DNA of 64,000 nucleotides from a virus (taxonomy: Duplodnaviria; Caudoviricetes): IMG/VR virus record IMGVR_UViG_3300025437_000009. One strand, given 5' to 3'. The notes under the pieces were generated by a model that saw only the letters and a list, made by a program, of their open reading frames with translations, was not told the DNA's origin and ran no database searches. Below, piece after piece: positions 54,723-63,363 of this stretch (the first letter of the stretch is position 1; every line of letters starts with the position of its first letter). Both the position numbers and the translations under genes were made by a program.

Positions 54723-55526
54723 TTATTGAATTTGGTCAACGGTATTTGCGTGTTTTGGACGAGTAACAAACTTTTGTCGAACTGATTCAAATAATTCATA
54801 TTCTTCTGGAGTGATAACCGCCGAATCAATTTCTTTGCGAACAGCCTGATGAAATTCAAATAGTTGCTGGATGTCTGCTTCGTACTTAAAGTATTTGGTA
54901 ATGTGTTTAGTATCATAAGCATCCATAATTAAATGAAATCTATCTTCATTTGAATCATTGCGTATTTGATGCCAATCATTGACCCATACCATATACGCAT
55001 TTCCCGGTTCCATATATAGGTCGGTTCCGTGCATAATAAATTTGCACTTTTCGTTAGTTATCAAAGGTATATGAAGTCTGGCCATATATTCGTGATCGCC
55101 AGAGTCTTTGTGTACTAAACTCTTTGCGCCAGCTTTTAAACAGGTTACACGAGCACGTCTCGGTGTTAGGCCAAATGCTTCTATTTGATCAATGACTTTT
55201 GCGAACTCGCCAACACAGGCCTGAGTTGGTTTATCATGTTCGGTACTCATAGCAATACCAAAAAACTTTAGTGTTTTATAGTTATTAGCGTTCTTAGGAA
55301 AAAATATTTCTAATTCTTTGCCTTCATCGTTTTGAAAATAATCCCAACCGTCACGCCAATCGCCAGTACGAGAAGTAACGGACCAACCACCAAAGCCATG
55401 GTATGCAGGTGTTTCGTATTCTTCGCCTTGAATAACCTGTTGTCCCAATGGAAATATATGTTCCTTAAGATCCTGTACTAACTTACTATGATCGAATGTG
55501 ACCATATCTAATTTTTCATAAAACAT
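54723..55526 (-). CDS. Asp/Asn beta-hydroxylase-like 2OG-Fe(II) oxygenase
   Basis: R.R...L..G....HKD, RLHIPLITN, WH...N.S.EDR.HLIMD. Confidence 0.8.
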   Translation of the reverse strand: MFYEKLDMVTFDHSKLVQDLKEHIFPLGQQVIQGEEYETPAYHGFGGWSVTSRTGDWRDGWDYFQNDEGKELEIFFPKNANNYKTLKFFGIAMSTEHDKPTQACVGEFAKVIDQIEAFGLTPRRARVTCLKAGAKSLVHKDSGDHEYMARLHIPLITNEKCKFIMHGTDLYMEPGNAYMVWVNDWHQIRNDSNEDRFHLIMDAYDTKHITKYFKYEADIQQLFEFHQAVRKEIDSAVITPEEYELFESVRQKFVTRPKHANTVDQIQ

Positions 55527-56058
55527 TTTGAATATCCTTGATCATTTCTTTTACTTCATCAAAACTGTATTTGTTAGTTGCCAATTGTAACACTTCTCGT
55601 ACCGGTTTGTCAAAGTCATCGATTGACACTTCGTGTATTACCTTGTTGTCTATTAGATAAATGTCATACGGATCAGCATTAAATGTTCCCAACAGAGTCA
55701 ACGATTCTTTAGAGTATATATGCCCTTCTCCGTGATCAGCATACTCAATCCCTCCAATACCCAAGTTGTTGGCATACATGTTGGTAGAATATCCGGCTGG
55801 TTGTACGTAGCAATTAAGTCCAGCAGTTTCTACTATGTCAGTGTGCGGCGGTATGTTATCATTTATAACTAATAAACTAGAATAAAAATCACCGTGTACT
55901 TCCTTGGGTAATAAATTATACAATGTTTCCAATATTGTACTTGCTACATCATAGTATCTAATACCATAGAATTTGTCTGCTGGTCTGGTAGCAAACTCTA
56001 TTTGCTTTTTTAAAACAGTTATAAGACCACTAGGTGCTTGACCAACGTACTTAAACAT
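55516..56058 (-). CDS. 2OG-Fe(II) oxygenase-like protein
   Basis: IPPHTD...IHEV (HxD...H). Confidence 0.6.
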   Translation of the reverse strand: MFKYVGQAPSGLITVLKKQIEFATRPADKFYGIRYYDVASTILETLYNLLPKEVHGDFYSSLLVINDNIPPHTDIVETAGLNCYVQPAGYSTNMYANNLGIGGIEYADHGEGHIYSKESLTLLGTFNADPYDIYLIDNKVIHEVSIDDFDKPVREVLQLATNKYSFDEVKEMIKDIQNVL

Positions 56059-56599
56059 CTAACAGTCCGTAATCATTGAGCATAGCGTAAACTTCTGCAT
56101 AGGTCATGTCAGTACTGAGATTAAGAACAAATCTAGGATTGTCTGCTGATAATTCATCTACACTATGTATTGCTGTGGTGTCTAGTAGGTAAACATCGCC
56201 TGGATGCGCTATAAACTGCTCTTCGAAGTTTAAGTTAGTTGGCTTCATACTACATGCACACTCGCCGGCAGTAAACTTTTCAAAGTTACAACCGTTGCAG
56301 TCTTTGGCTAACTCTTTGTAGTCACCAGAATAAAATCTAGTAGTGGCGTTATTTTCTGAAAGATAAATGTTGATCTTACACTGGATGCCTTGGTCTCTGT
56401 GCGGCACAATGCGACCACGCATGGCCAAATGTGTTAGAAAGAATCTCTGCTGATACTCTGGCGGTATAATGATACTGCTGTCGAGATCTACATATGAATA
56501 GGTGGATAAAGTACCGGCGCAGATATATTGAGTACCAAGTAGTTTAAAGTTTTCATATTTGGCAGGGTCAATTGATTTTAAACGAGCATGGTACTTCAT
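56051..56599 (-). CDS. 2OG-Fe(II) oxygenase-like protein
   Basis: IVPHRD...GDVYLLDT..IHSV...R. Confidence 0.6.
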   Translation of the reverse strand: MKYHARLKSIDPAKYENFKLLGTQYICAGTLSTYSYVDLDSSIIIPPEYQQRFFLTHLAMRGRIVPHRDQGIQCKINIYLSENNATTRFYSGDYKELAKDCNGCNFEKFTAGECACSMKPTNLNFEEQFIAHPGDVYLLDTTAIHSVDELSADNPRFVLNLSTDMTYAEVYAMLNDYGLLDV

Positions 56600-57249
56600 A
56601 GTAATCCTTTAATTTTGAGCATAGAATCTACCCAACTTGTTATAACTAATTTATCAGTACTGTCGTCGGTTAGTTTGTAATTAAAATCAGTAGACAAACT
56701 AACACGTAGAGAATTGCTTTTATTTGCCTTAACTCCGTGTAATACATAGGATGGAAAGAAAATTAGGTCTCCAGACACGGGCTGTATATGTTTAATTTGA
56801 GTCTTGTGTTCTCCCACTAACCCAGTATCTAAATAATAAAGTTCTCCGCCTTCTGCGGGAGTAGTTATATAGTAAGTAGAGGCTATAGTCGAATCTGGAT
56901 GTCCGTGAAATTCGATAACTTCGTCAGGTTCTTTTATATTTGGCCAACTCGATAAGGGTGTGAATATGGCCGTATGTGTGTCGGGTAGATAGTCGTTTAC
57001 TGTAAAAGTTATTACATCTACCTTAGTATCTAGTAATTCTTTTAATCGTGGGCTGCTATCAGTATAATCTAATAGACTACTACCAACATTTTTATCTATG
57101 CCCAGTTTAATGTTGCTGGCTATATTGTACAATTCTACCAACAACTCTTGATTAAAGTTATCGTTAAATTTGGTTTTGTAAGTCCAAACAGGACTTTCCC
57201 ATAGTGTTTGTTTTACACTACTTTCGTATATGCCTTTTTCATACGACAT
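56596..57249 (-). CDS. putative 2OG-Fe(II) oxygenase (TIGR02466-like)
   Basis: H.HP.S.I...YY, GDL.FFPS...H.V, R.SLS. Confidence 0.8.
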   Translation of the reverse strand: MSYEKGIYESSVKQTLWESPVWTYKTKFNDNFNQELLVELYNIASNIKLGIDKNVGSSLLDYTDSSPRLKELLDTKVDVITFTVNDYLPDTHTAIFTPLSSWPNIKEPDEVIEFHGHPDSTIASTYYITTPAEGGELYYLDTGLVGEHKTQIKHIQPVSGDLIFFPSYVLHGVKANKSNSLRVSLSTDFNYKLTDDSTDKLVITSWVDSMLKIKGLL

Positions 57250-57252
57250 GAT

Positions 57253-57666
57253 TTAGTTGGTGGTTGGGATTATCCCGTTTTCTTGTTGAAATTTAATCAA
57301 TGGTGCAAAGTCTAGACCTTGTTTTACAGCCAGGTCTTCTGGGAATGGGCGATTGTTTGCGGTCAACCACTCTTTGTATTCTGCTACGATCCAGCTAGGT
57401 GTATAGTCTATGCCCTCATGATGATCGGCTAAGGCTTCATAAAATTCATTACCGTAGCGTACAAAATTTGTAAAAGGTGCGCCCTTTAAAAAGAATAGTG
57501 TATCCAAAATTGGAGAATGATCAGTAATCATTTTAAAAAATTGATCTTTTTCTTCCGCTGATAGGTTATGTATGATTCCGTTTACTTCTGTATCTAAAAA
57601 ATATTTTATACAGTCGTTATATTGGTCTGGTGTTACTTCTTCAAAAATTTTATTCACGTTAGGCAT
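57253..57666 (-). CDS. hypothetical protein (137 aa)
   Basis: coupled ORF within the operon. Confidence 0.6.
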   Translation of the reverse strand: MPNVNKIFEEVTPDQYNDCIKYFLDTEVNGIIHNLSAEEKDQFFKMITDHSPILDTLFFLKGAPFTNFVRYGNEFYEALADHHEGIDYTPSWIVAEYKEWLTANNRPFPEDLAVKQGLDFAPLIKFQQENGIIPTTN

Positions 57667-58656
57667 TTATGCTTCCTTTAACAATTTTGATTTAACACGG
57701 CCGAATAAATTTTTAACATTGAGTATTGCCTTGCCAGTGTAGTAACTGAAATACAATAAAGATAAAATAGTCCAAGAAGTAAAGAAACCGTGTTTTCTAT
57801 ATTTGCGCGGCACTCTTGGAATACTACCAAAGAATTTACACAAAGGACGACCGATGGACATTAAGATACGACCATAGTCGTTGTCTTTGTTTAGAGTACC
57901 CATAATATAGGCCATATGCTCTGACCATGGTTGGCCAACACGATATAGTATATCTGTGGCAAATTCTTTTTGTTTGAGCTTACGTTCTTCTTTGTCTAAA
58001 ATCCAAGGCATAAAGTCTGGACCATGACCATCCATCCATTGAGTACAAATCTTAGCCCACTTGATGTAGCCACGATAAATTGTTTTATCTTTTTTACGTA
58101 GAACTCGACCGTATGCTTGGTCTGCTGACCAAACTTCTTGGCTCATCATTCCCATGTCGTAGAATTTAGCACAAACAATCTTAGAGCAGTTGCAAGCACA
58201 GTTACAGTTGTAGCTTACCAGGCCAGTATTGCAATTATAACTTACTGCACCACCGCAGTTACAATTATATGTACAGGCACAATTACAGTTGGACTGTAAC
58301 CACGCTTGACCGTCGCAGTTAGCACAGTTTACATTAGTTGAACAGTTAGCACAGTTCGAACAATCACTAGGACCAGCAATAACACAATTAGTACACTGAA
58401 TATTACCACAGTTACAGTTGTTGGTACAGTTGCCATTAGGGCCGCCCGATGGCGAACAGTTGCCGTTGTTACAGTTGCCTTGGTTGTTATTTTGAAAATA
58501 AGTTAAACCATAGAATCCCTGTAGGTGTGGGGTGCCGGGACGTTGCCCTGGCGTGATTAAATTGTTAAGAAAACTTAGACTAGCGGAATACCCGGGACGT
58601 CCAGTTTCTGAAAGAATTTGGCTAACTGATATAGGGCCGGATGATGGTAGTGTCAT
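57667..58656 (-). CDS. Asn-Cys-repeat protein: virion-type N-terminus, 22-Cys core, KIVC domain, C-terminal TM
   Basis: MTLPSSGPIS start; Cys-rich residues 62-157; own TAAATA 7 nt upstream. Confidence 0.75.
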   Translation of the reverse strand: MTLPSSGPISVSQILSETGRPGYSASLSFLNNLITPGQRPGTPHLQGFYGLTYFQNNNQGNCNNGNCSPSGGPNGNCTNNCNCGNIQCTNCVIAGPSDCSNCANCSTNVNCANCDGQAWLQSNCNCACTYNCNCGGAVSYNCNTGLVSYNCNCACNCSKIVCAKFYDMGMMSQEVWSADQAYGRVLRKKDKTIYRGYIKWAKICTQWMDGHGPDFMPWILDKEERKLKQKEFATDILYRVGQPWSEHMAYIMGTLNKDNDYGRILMSIGRPLCKFFGSIPRVPRKYRKHGFFTSWTILSLLYFSYYTGKAILNVKNLFGRVKSKLLKEA

Positions 58657-59375
58657 AGTATAGTATTTATCTTGATCAAATTAAGAAACTCTAGTATTTT
58701 TATATAGCACCATCCTAGGTCAATTTCAAACCAACGTTTAGCAAAATTTGCACAGGCCGGAAACTCGTGATGATTATTGTGCAGTTCTTCACCACAGCCT
58801 AGTAGTCCCAAAGGTAAAACATTTGTACTGGTATCGGGCCTATCATAGTTCCTGTAACCAATTTTGTGCCCAAATCCAGTGATAGTGGCATTTACAAACA
58901 GACTCACGGAAAACATGTGCACCAGCCAGGCCACAATACCTAGCCAGCCAAATAAACCAATGTTTATTGTTAGTAGTATTAACAGGCCTAATTTTGTATG
59001 GCAGTAGACATTCTTTTCTAACCAATTCTCTTTAAAATCACGACTGAAGTGTGCGGTTTCCCAATCGGTATTCCAATATTGGTATTCTCTAAAAAAGTTA
59101 GGTATTAAACAATGTCCAGTGACCCGCCAAAAACCAGATAATAACGGACTATGCGGATCACCGTGTACATCGGTAAACATATGATGTATTCGATGTTGGG
59201 CAATAAATGGCTTGGGATAGATTCCCTCGGTTATCCAGAACAAAAAACGGAATACATGCTCGACTATAGGATACTTGATTGTATACTGCCGATGTATCAA
59301 GTATCTATGCAGATATATCGATGTTAATACTATACCAAGATGTGCTGTACATATAGTATATACAACAACGTCCAT
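58653..59375 (-). CDS. membrane fatty-acid desaturase (delta-9 type)
   Basis: His boxes HRYLIH, HRIHH, HNNHH; GDPHSP; EIDLGW. Confidence 0.88.
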   Translation of the reverse strand: MDVVVYTICTAHLGIVLTSIYLHRYLIHRQYTIKYPIVEHVFRFLFWITEGIYPKPFIAQHRIHHMFTDVHGDPHSPLLSGFWRVTGHCLIPNFFREYQYWNTDWETAHFSRDFKENWLEKNVYCHTKLGLLILLTINIGLFGWLGIVAWLVHMFSVSLFVNATITGFGHKIGYRNYDRPDTSTNVLPLGLLGCGEELHNNHHEFPACANFAKRWFEIDLGWCYIKILEFLNLIKINTIL

Positions 59376-60823
59376 TATGCGCTTTCTACGCGGCTTTTCC
59401 CATAAACTTCAACATCATCGATGGTACCAATTTTTTCTGCTACCACTTTAATAGGAATAATCTTCTTAACGGCCTTTTCCTTGTGTTCGTAGATAGTGCC
59501 AAAAATATCCTGGCGTTCTAATGGTAGTGCATCATTTTTAATCAGTGTAGGAATATAACCCGTTATTTTTTCTATAGCTAGGGCAAAAAGAGCCACATTG
59601 TCTGAATAAGCATTGGCACAAGATATTTCCCAAAACTTATTGTCTAAGAACATACAAGCACCCTTACAGACATGCAACACTGGGCAACTGGGGCATTCTG
59701 CACGATTTGACCAATGTGTTGAAGTTTTGATTGCTACATTATCATAGTCATCTAATGTACCGCCTAGGTGACTTTCACCGTTTTTGCTGGTTTCTACTGC
59801 TGAGACGTTTTGACAGGTTATCACATTGCCACGCAGGTCCACAGCGATTGCACGTTGATCATCCATGCCACATTTTTGTCCTAGGGTATCTGCTTCTTGG
59901 TGTGTTAGTACACTTTTAATAAATCCGTCAATCTTACCTAATTGTCCGGTAAATCCAATACGACCTTGGGTTGAAAAAATATCCGCAAATGCAGTACGTC
60001 TAAAATCAAAATGTTCTTCTAGGGTTTGTAGACTGTTGCTCATACCCTCTTCGTCATAAGCATCAACAATAGAACCTTCACCTAACTGTATGTCGGGATT
60101 TCCTGTTAGTTCTACAAACCAATCATAAATTGCCTTACGGCTTTTATTTTTAGCATGCAACATGGGGTTGAAACTGATGCCTTTTTTCAATCGACTCATC
60201 ATGCGATAAAAACCTAATAGTCTTTTCTTTTGGTCTGGATCATCAAACGGATCTGGTCCGCGAACTGACTGCCCAGGACCGTCATGTGAGATACTAACTG
60301 AAAAATTTAGTGCCATTAACCAATCAATCATTTCGTCGGTTAGAATACTACCGTTGGTAATAACAGAAAATAATGGTTTACGTTTCCAGTCTTTAAATCT
60401 TTCTAATAGTGCTTCAGCTAGGGGTTTGAAAGTTTTCCAATAGACAAATGGCTCACCTCCCCAAAACTCTACCTTAAGTCCATCTTCTTCACTGAACTCT
60501 AATACATCCAATTTGGCAAGAAAAGCATCAATATCTTTCTTACTAGTTTCTGGAGCACGCTCTACAAATTTTTGTGAACAGTAATCACAGGTGTAGTTAC
60601 AACTCAGTCCAAGTTGAATTTTTAATAGTTGAATGCCGCGGGATTTTTTAAGAGGACGGTCGCGGTCGAAAGGTATATAAGGTTCTAGTCCCTCTATCTT
60701 GTATGAACCCTTTGGATATTCGTACAAGTTACCTTGTTCGTCTTTGAGTGTATTGGCTTGATTGTCGTAATAAAAAATACGTTTATCGTCGGTGCTGCGT
60801 TCAGCATGAATTTCAAATAGCAT
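59375..60823 (-). CDS. radical SAM/SPASM-domain enzyme (peptide-maturase type)
   Basis: CNYTCDYC; FWGGEP; TNG; S.SHDG; SPASM CG...G.V..C...C..C.....C.G.C....C. Confidence 0.92.
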   Translation of the reverse strand: MLFEIHAERSTDDKRIFYYDNQANTLKDEQGNLYEYPKGSYKIEGLEPYIPFDRDRPLKKSRGIQLLKIQLGLSCNYTCDYCSQKFVERAPETSKKDIDAFLAKLDVLEFSEEDGLKVEFWGGEPFVYWKTFKPLAEALLERFKDWKRKPLFSVITNGSILTDEMIDWLMALNFSVSISHDGPGQSVRGPDPFDDPDQKKRLLGFYRMMSRLKKGISFNPMLHAKNKSRKAIYDWFVELTGNPDIQLGEGSIVDAYDEEGMSNSLQTLEEHFDFRRTAFADIFSTQGRIGFTGQLGKIDGFIKSVLTHQEADTLGQKCGMDDQRAIAVDLRGNVITCQNVSAVETSKNGESHLGGTLDDYDNVAIKTSTHWSNRAECPSCPVLHVCKGACMFLDNKFWEISCANAYSDNVALFALAIEKITGYIPTLIKNDALPLERQDIFGTIYEHKEKAVKKIIPIKVVAEKIGTIDDVEVYGKSRVESA

Positions 60824-60843
60824 CGGGATCCTTGGGATTATTG

Positions 60844-60930
60844 TTATTGATCAGTATCAAGCCAATCTTTGACTGTGATTATTGCATAGATCAAAAGTGC
60901 AGAAAAGATTATAAAGGCTAGATATGTCAT
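60844..60930 (-). CDS. 28-aa single-TM peptide, absent from ORF track
   Basis: MTYLAFIIFSALLIYAIITVKDWLDTDQ; ATG 5 nt after TAAATA. Confidence 0.45.
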   Translation of the reverse strand: MTYLAFIIFSALLIYAIITVKDWLDTDQ

Positions 60931-60935
60931 AACAA

Positions 60936-60975
60936 TATTTATTAATAAGTGCTAACCAGTAACACTTATTAATAA
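60936..60975 (-). promoter_or_regulatory. late promoter overlapped by a 13-bp perfect inverted repeat
   Basis: TTATTAATAAGTG-11-CACTTATTAATAA; TAAATA at 60936..60941. Confidence 0.6.
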
Positions 60976-61013
60976 ATGGGGTCTAATACGCTTCCCAGCG
61001 AAGCCCCATGTTA

Positions 61014-61340
61014 TTACTCAGCTACAGCTTCTTTAGATTCAGCACGTGCTTTAATAGCTTCGAGGCTTGGCTTAACTTTACCAGCTTTAGCTTTAACTAC
61101 GCCATTGTACTTAGCATCAGCCGCATCAATAGCAGCTTTGTAGTCAGCATTAGCATACAATTCTGTAGACTTCAAGAAAGTTACTAACTCTGGCTTAGTC
61201 ATTGCTTTTGGCAACTCAAGCAAATTAATGTCTGAGTTATTTTTAGCCAAAATCTTAATACGAGTCATGTCGTTTGCGAAACGTACTTTGTATTGACCAT
61301 TATTTTTAGAAACACCGCCAACTTTAAACAACTTATCCAT
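61014..61340 (-). CDS. conserved phage hypothetical protein
   Basis: FKV.GVS...G..KVRFAND; GGAG SD; promoter at 61408..61436. Confidence 0.65.
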   Translation of the reverse strand: MDKLFKVGGVSKNNGQYKVRFANDMTRIKILAKNNSDINLLELPKAMTKPELVTFLKSTELYANADYKAAIDAADAKYNGVVKAKAGKVKPSLEAIKARAESKEAVAE

Positions 61341-61463
61341 TTTTAATACTCCGTTTTTAAGTTAAAAAATACTACAATTTAATACAGACACACTCTGTAT
61401 ATTCCATATTATAGTTTATTTCGAATTTGCTGTCAACCATAATATGAAATTCCGTTTACCAAA

Positions 61464-61592
61464 TTATTTGGCTAATTCTTGGCTTTGGGTTTTGACTGTT
61501 TCGACACCCTTGTCCAACATTTTGGCAATACCACTAAAGCCAACGGTTGCAAGGATTAAACCAAAAACAGTACCCAGAATAAATGATCGCAT
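61464..61592 (-). CDS. small membrane protein (42 aa), absent from ORF track
   Basis: MRSFILGTVFGLILATVGFSG; TAATG coupling. Confidence 0.6.
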   Translation of the reverse strand: MRSFILGTVFGLILATVGFSGIAKMLDKGVETVKTQSQELAK

Positions 61593-61732
61593 TATGCACT
61601 CTCCTCTTCAAAAATTCTAACTACATCTTCCATACTAACATAATCTTTCCAATAAATGTAAATATCATTGATAGTATGCCCACGGTGAATCATACTTCTA
61701 ATGTCTGCATCAATTTGACTAAAAGAACCCAT
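61592..61732 (-). CDS. small protein (46 aa), absent from ORF track
   Basis: TAATG coupling on both sides. Confidence 0.55.
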   Translation of the reverse strand: MGSFSQIDADIRSMIHRGHTINDIYIYWKDYVSMEDVVRIFEEESA

Positions 61733-62010
61733 TATGCACTCTCCAACATATTTGCAGGTACACGATATAAACCAACAGGGGTACGGACTACTACATTCTT
61801 CCTACCTACCCGTTCAACCACACCGTTATATCGCTGACCGTTGCGGTTGCTTGTAAACTTAACTACACTACCTTTAACAAATTGTCCAGTATTACGAAGT
61901 GCCAATTGATTGCGTGCAAATGTCAAGGCCTGCTGGATAGAATCCAAATCTGCATTGGTCATATGACCCGATACAATCGCACCTCGAATATCAACTAAAT
62001 CCGGAATCAT
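61732..62010 (-). CDS. SH3/KOW-like small protein
   Basis: G..V.F...R....G.V..V.RK.V.V. Confidence 0.6.
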   Translation of the reverse strand: MIPDLVDIRGAIVSGHMTNADLDSIQQALTFARNQLALRNTGQFVKGSVVKFTSNRNGQRYNGVVERVGRKNVVVRTPVGLYRVPANMLESA

Positions 62011-62020
62011 TGTTATCTCC

Positions 62021-62362
62021 TTAGTCTAAACGTGAACCAGCATAAGCGGTAAAACCATACTTTTCAAAAACCTTGGCAGCTGCTCTGGCACCTTCTTCTA
62101 GAGTGTCAATGTTTTGGCAACCATACCCACTTGGGTTCCAAATCTGAAAACCACCAGTGTAACTCTTACGAACACCTGCGGCCTTAAGAGCACGTCCTAA
62201 ACGAGTGTTACCTTTGATGCCAAAAATATCTACCCAAGCAAAACCACATGAGTATTTGTCCTCACCACCCAATTTTTCTTTAAAAAACTTATCAGCGGCC
62301 AAGTAAGCTTCATGTTTAGCTTCGGCAATAATTGTTTGAATTTGTTCTTTAGAGTAGTCCAC
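62021..62362 (-). CDS. conserved phage hypothetical protein
   Basis: CGFAWV.I, QNID.LE.GA.A.A; GTG start with AGGAG SD. Confidence 0.65.
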   Translation of the reverse strand: MDYSKEQIQTIIAEAKHEAYLAADKFFKEKLGGEDKYSCGFAWVDIFGIKGNTRLGRALKAAGVRKSYTGGFQIWNPSGYGCQNIDTLEEGARAAAKVFEKYGFTAYAGSRLD

Positions 62363-62390
62363 GTCAGCTCCTAATTAATTACTATACAAG

Positions 62391-62422
62391 TATTATACTA
62401 TTTTGGCAATTTTGGGTCAACC
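62391..62422 (-). promoter_or_regulatory. sigma70-type promoter with conserved spacer and leader
   Basis: TTGACC-CAAAATTGCCAAAATAG-TATAAT. Confidence 0.75.
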
Positions 62423-62426
62423 AAAA

Positions 62427-62582
62427 TCAAACACCGCAGGCCGCATAAAAACGGGTACGATCAAAGTTATTATTGTGCTGTCCAGCGGCATTTGCCACAG
62501 CAAGAGCGGCTAATTTACGGGCAGTTAGGTCACTGATATAGCTGATTTCTTGGGCTAAAGTAATAAAGTGTTTACGGCTCAT
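62427..62582 (-). CDS. small protein (51 aa), absent from ORF track
   Basis: MSRKHFITLA...FDR.RF..ACG; AAGGAG SD. Confidence 0.7.
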   Translation of the reverse strand: MSRKHFITLAQEISYISDLTARKLAALAVANAAGQHNNNFDRTRFYAACGV

Positions 62583-62610
62583 TTCAACTCCTTGTTAATT
62601 ACTATACCCA

Positions 62611-62641
62611 TAGTATACTATTTTGGCAATTTTGGGTCAAC
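62611..62641 (-). promoter_or_regulatory. sigma70-type promoter with conserved spacer and leader
   Basis: TTGACC-CAAAATTGCCAAAATAG-TATACT. Confidence 0.75.
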
Positions 62642-62715
62642 ATTTTGGTTGTGGCATTTTTACAACATTTTTTCGATACGAATAAATATATGATAACAAC
62701 AAGGAATTTTATCCC

Positions 62716-63303
62716 ATGAACGCTACAATTAGCACAGTTAGAACTCGTCCAAATACTGATACTCCATTTTTTGCCAATACAGCGGTTAGATCGTTGTTAG
62801 ATTCATTGGTTACTGCTGGAAGTGTTACCATTAACAGCGGAGATACTTCAGGCCTATCATATACAGAAGATAAAATCTTTAACAATGTATCAGATTTAGA
62901 AACCTATTTAAATCTACAAGAAGGACTACAGATAAAGTCCGATTATCGAGATTTTATTTCTGCTAATCCTGGATACAACACCTCTAAAACCATTACTTTT
63001 AACCAAGACGGTGCATCATCAATTACAGCCAATGTTGCTGTAACCTATTCTTTTGCTAGCGGCACAAATGTAAATTTTTTAATATTAAATTTAGTTTATG
63101 ATAACACAGAAGTTGCGTCAGACCCAATAGTCACCGATACATCATTGGTTCGATACTTTGAATGGTCATCCAATTCTAGTTCACTGGCTGTTGGATTCGA
63201 TTCTTCCGTCCTTAATTATTTTATTACTGATTCCTCAATAGCAAAACAATTAATCTCAAACGGGATAGATAGACAAATTACATTAAATGTAACATCCAGT
63301 TAA
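62716..63303 (+). CDS. hypothetical late protein (195 aa)
   Basis: ATAAATA and AAGGA upstream. Confidence 0.6.
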   Translation: MNATISTVRTRPNTDTPFFANTAVRSLLDSLVTAGSVTINSGDTSGLSYTEDKIFNNVSDLETYLNLQEGLQIKSDYRDFISANPGYNTSKTITFNQDGASSITANVAVTYSFASGTNVNFLILNLVYDNTEVASDPIVTDTSLVRYFEWSSNSSSLAVGFDSSVLNYFITDSSIAKQLISNGIDRQITLNVTSS

Positions 63304-63334
63304 TAGTGTAGATAAAAACAATAATACATCAATT

Positions 63335-63358
63335 AAAAACCCGCCTAGTGCGGGTTTT
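63335..63358. terminator. bidirectional terminator between convergent genes
   Basis: AAAAACCCGC-CTAGT-GCGGGTTTT. Confidence 0.75.
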
Positions 63359-63363
63359 GTGTT

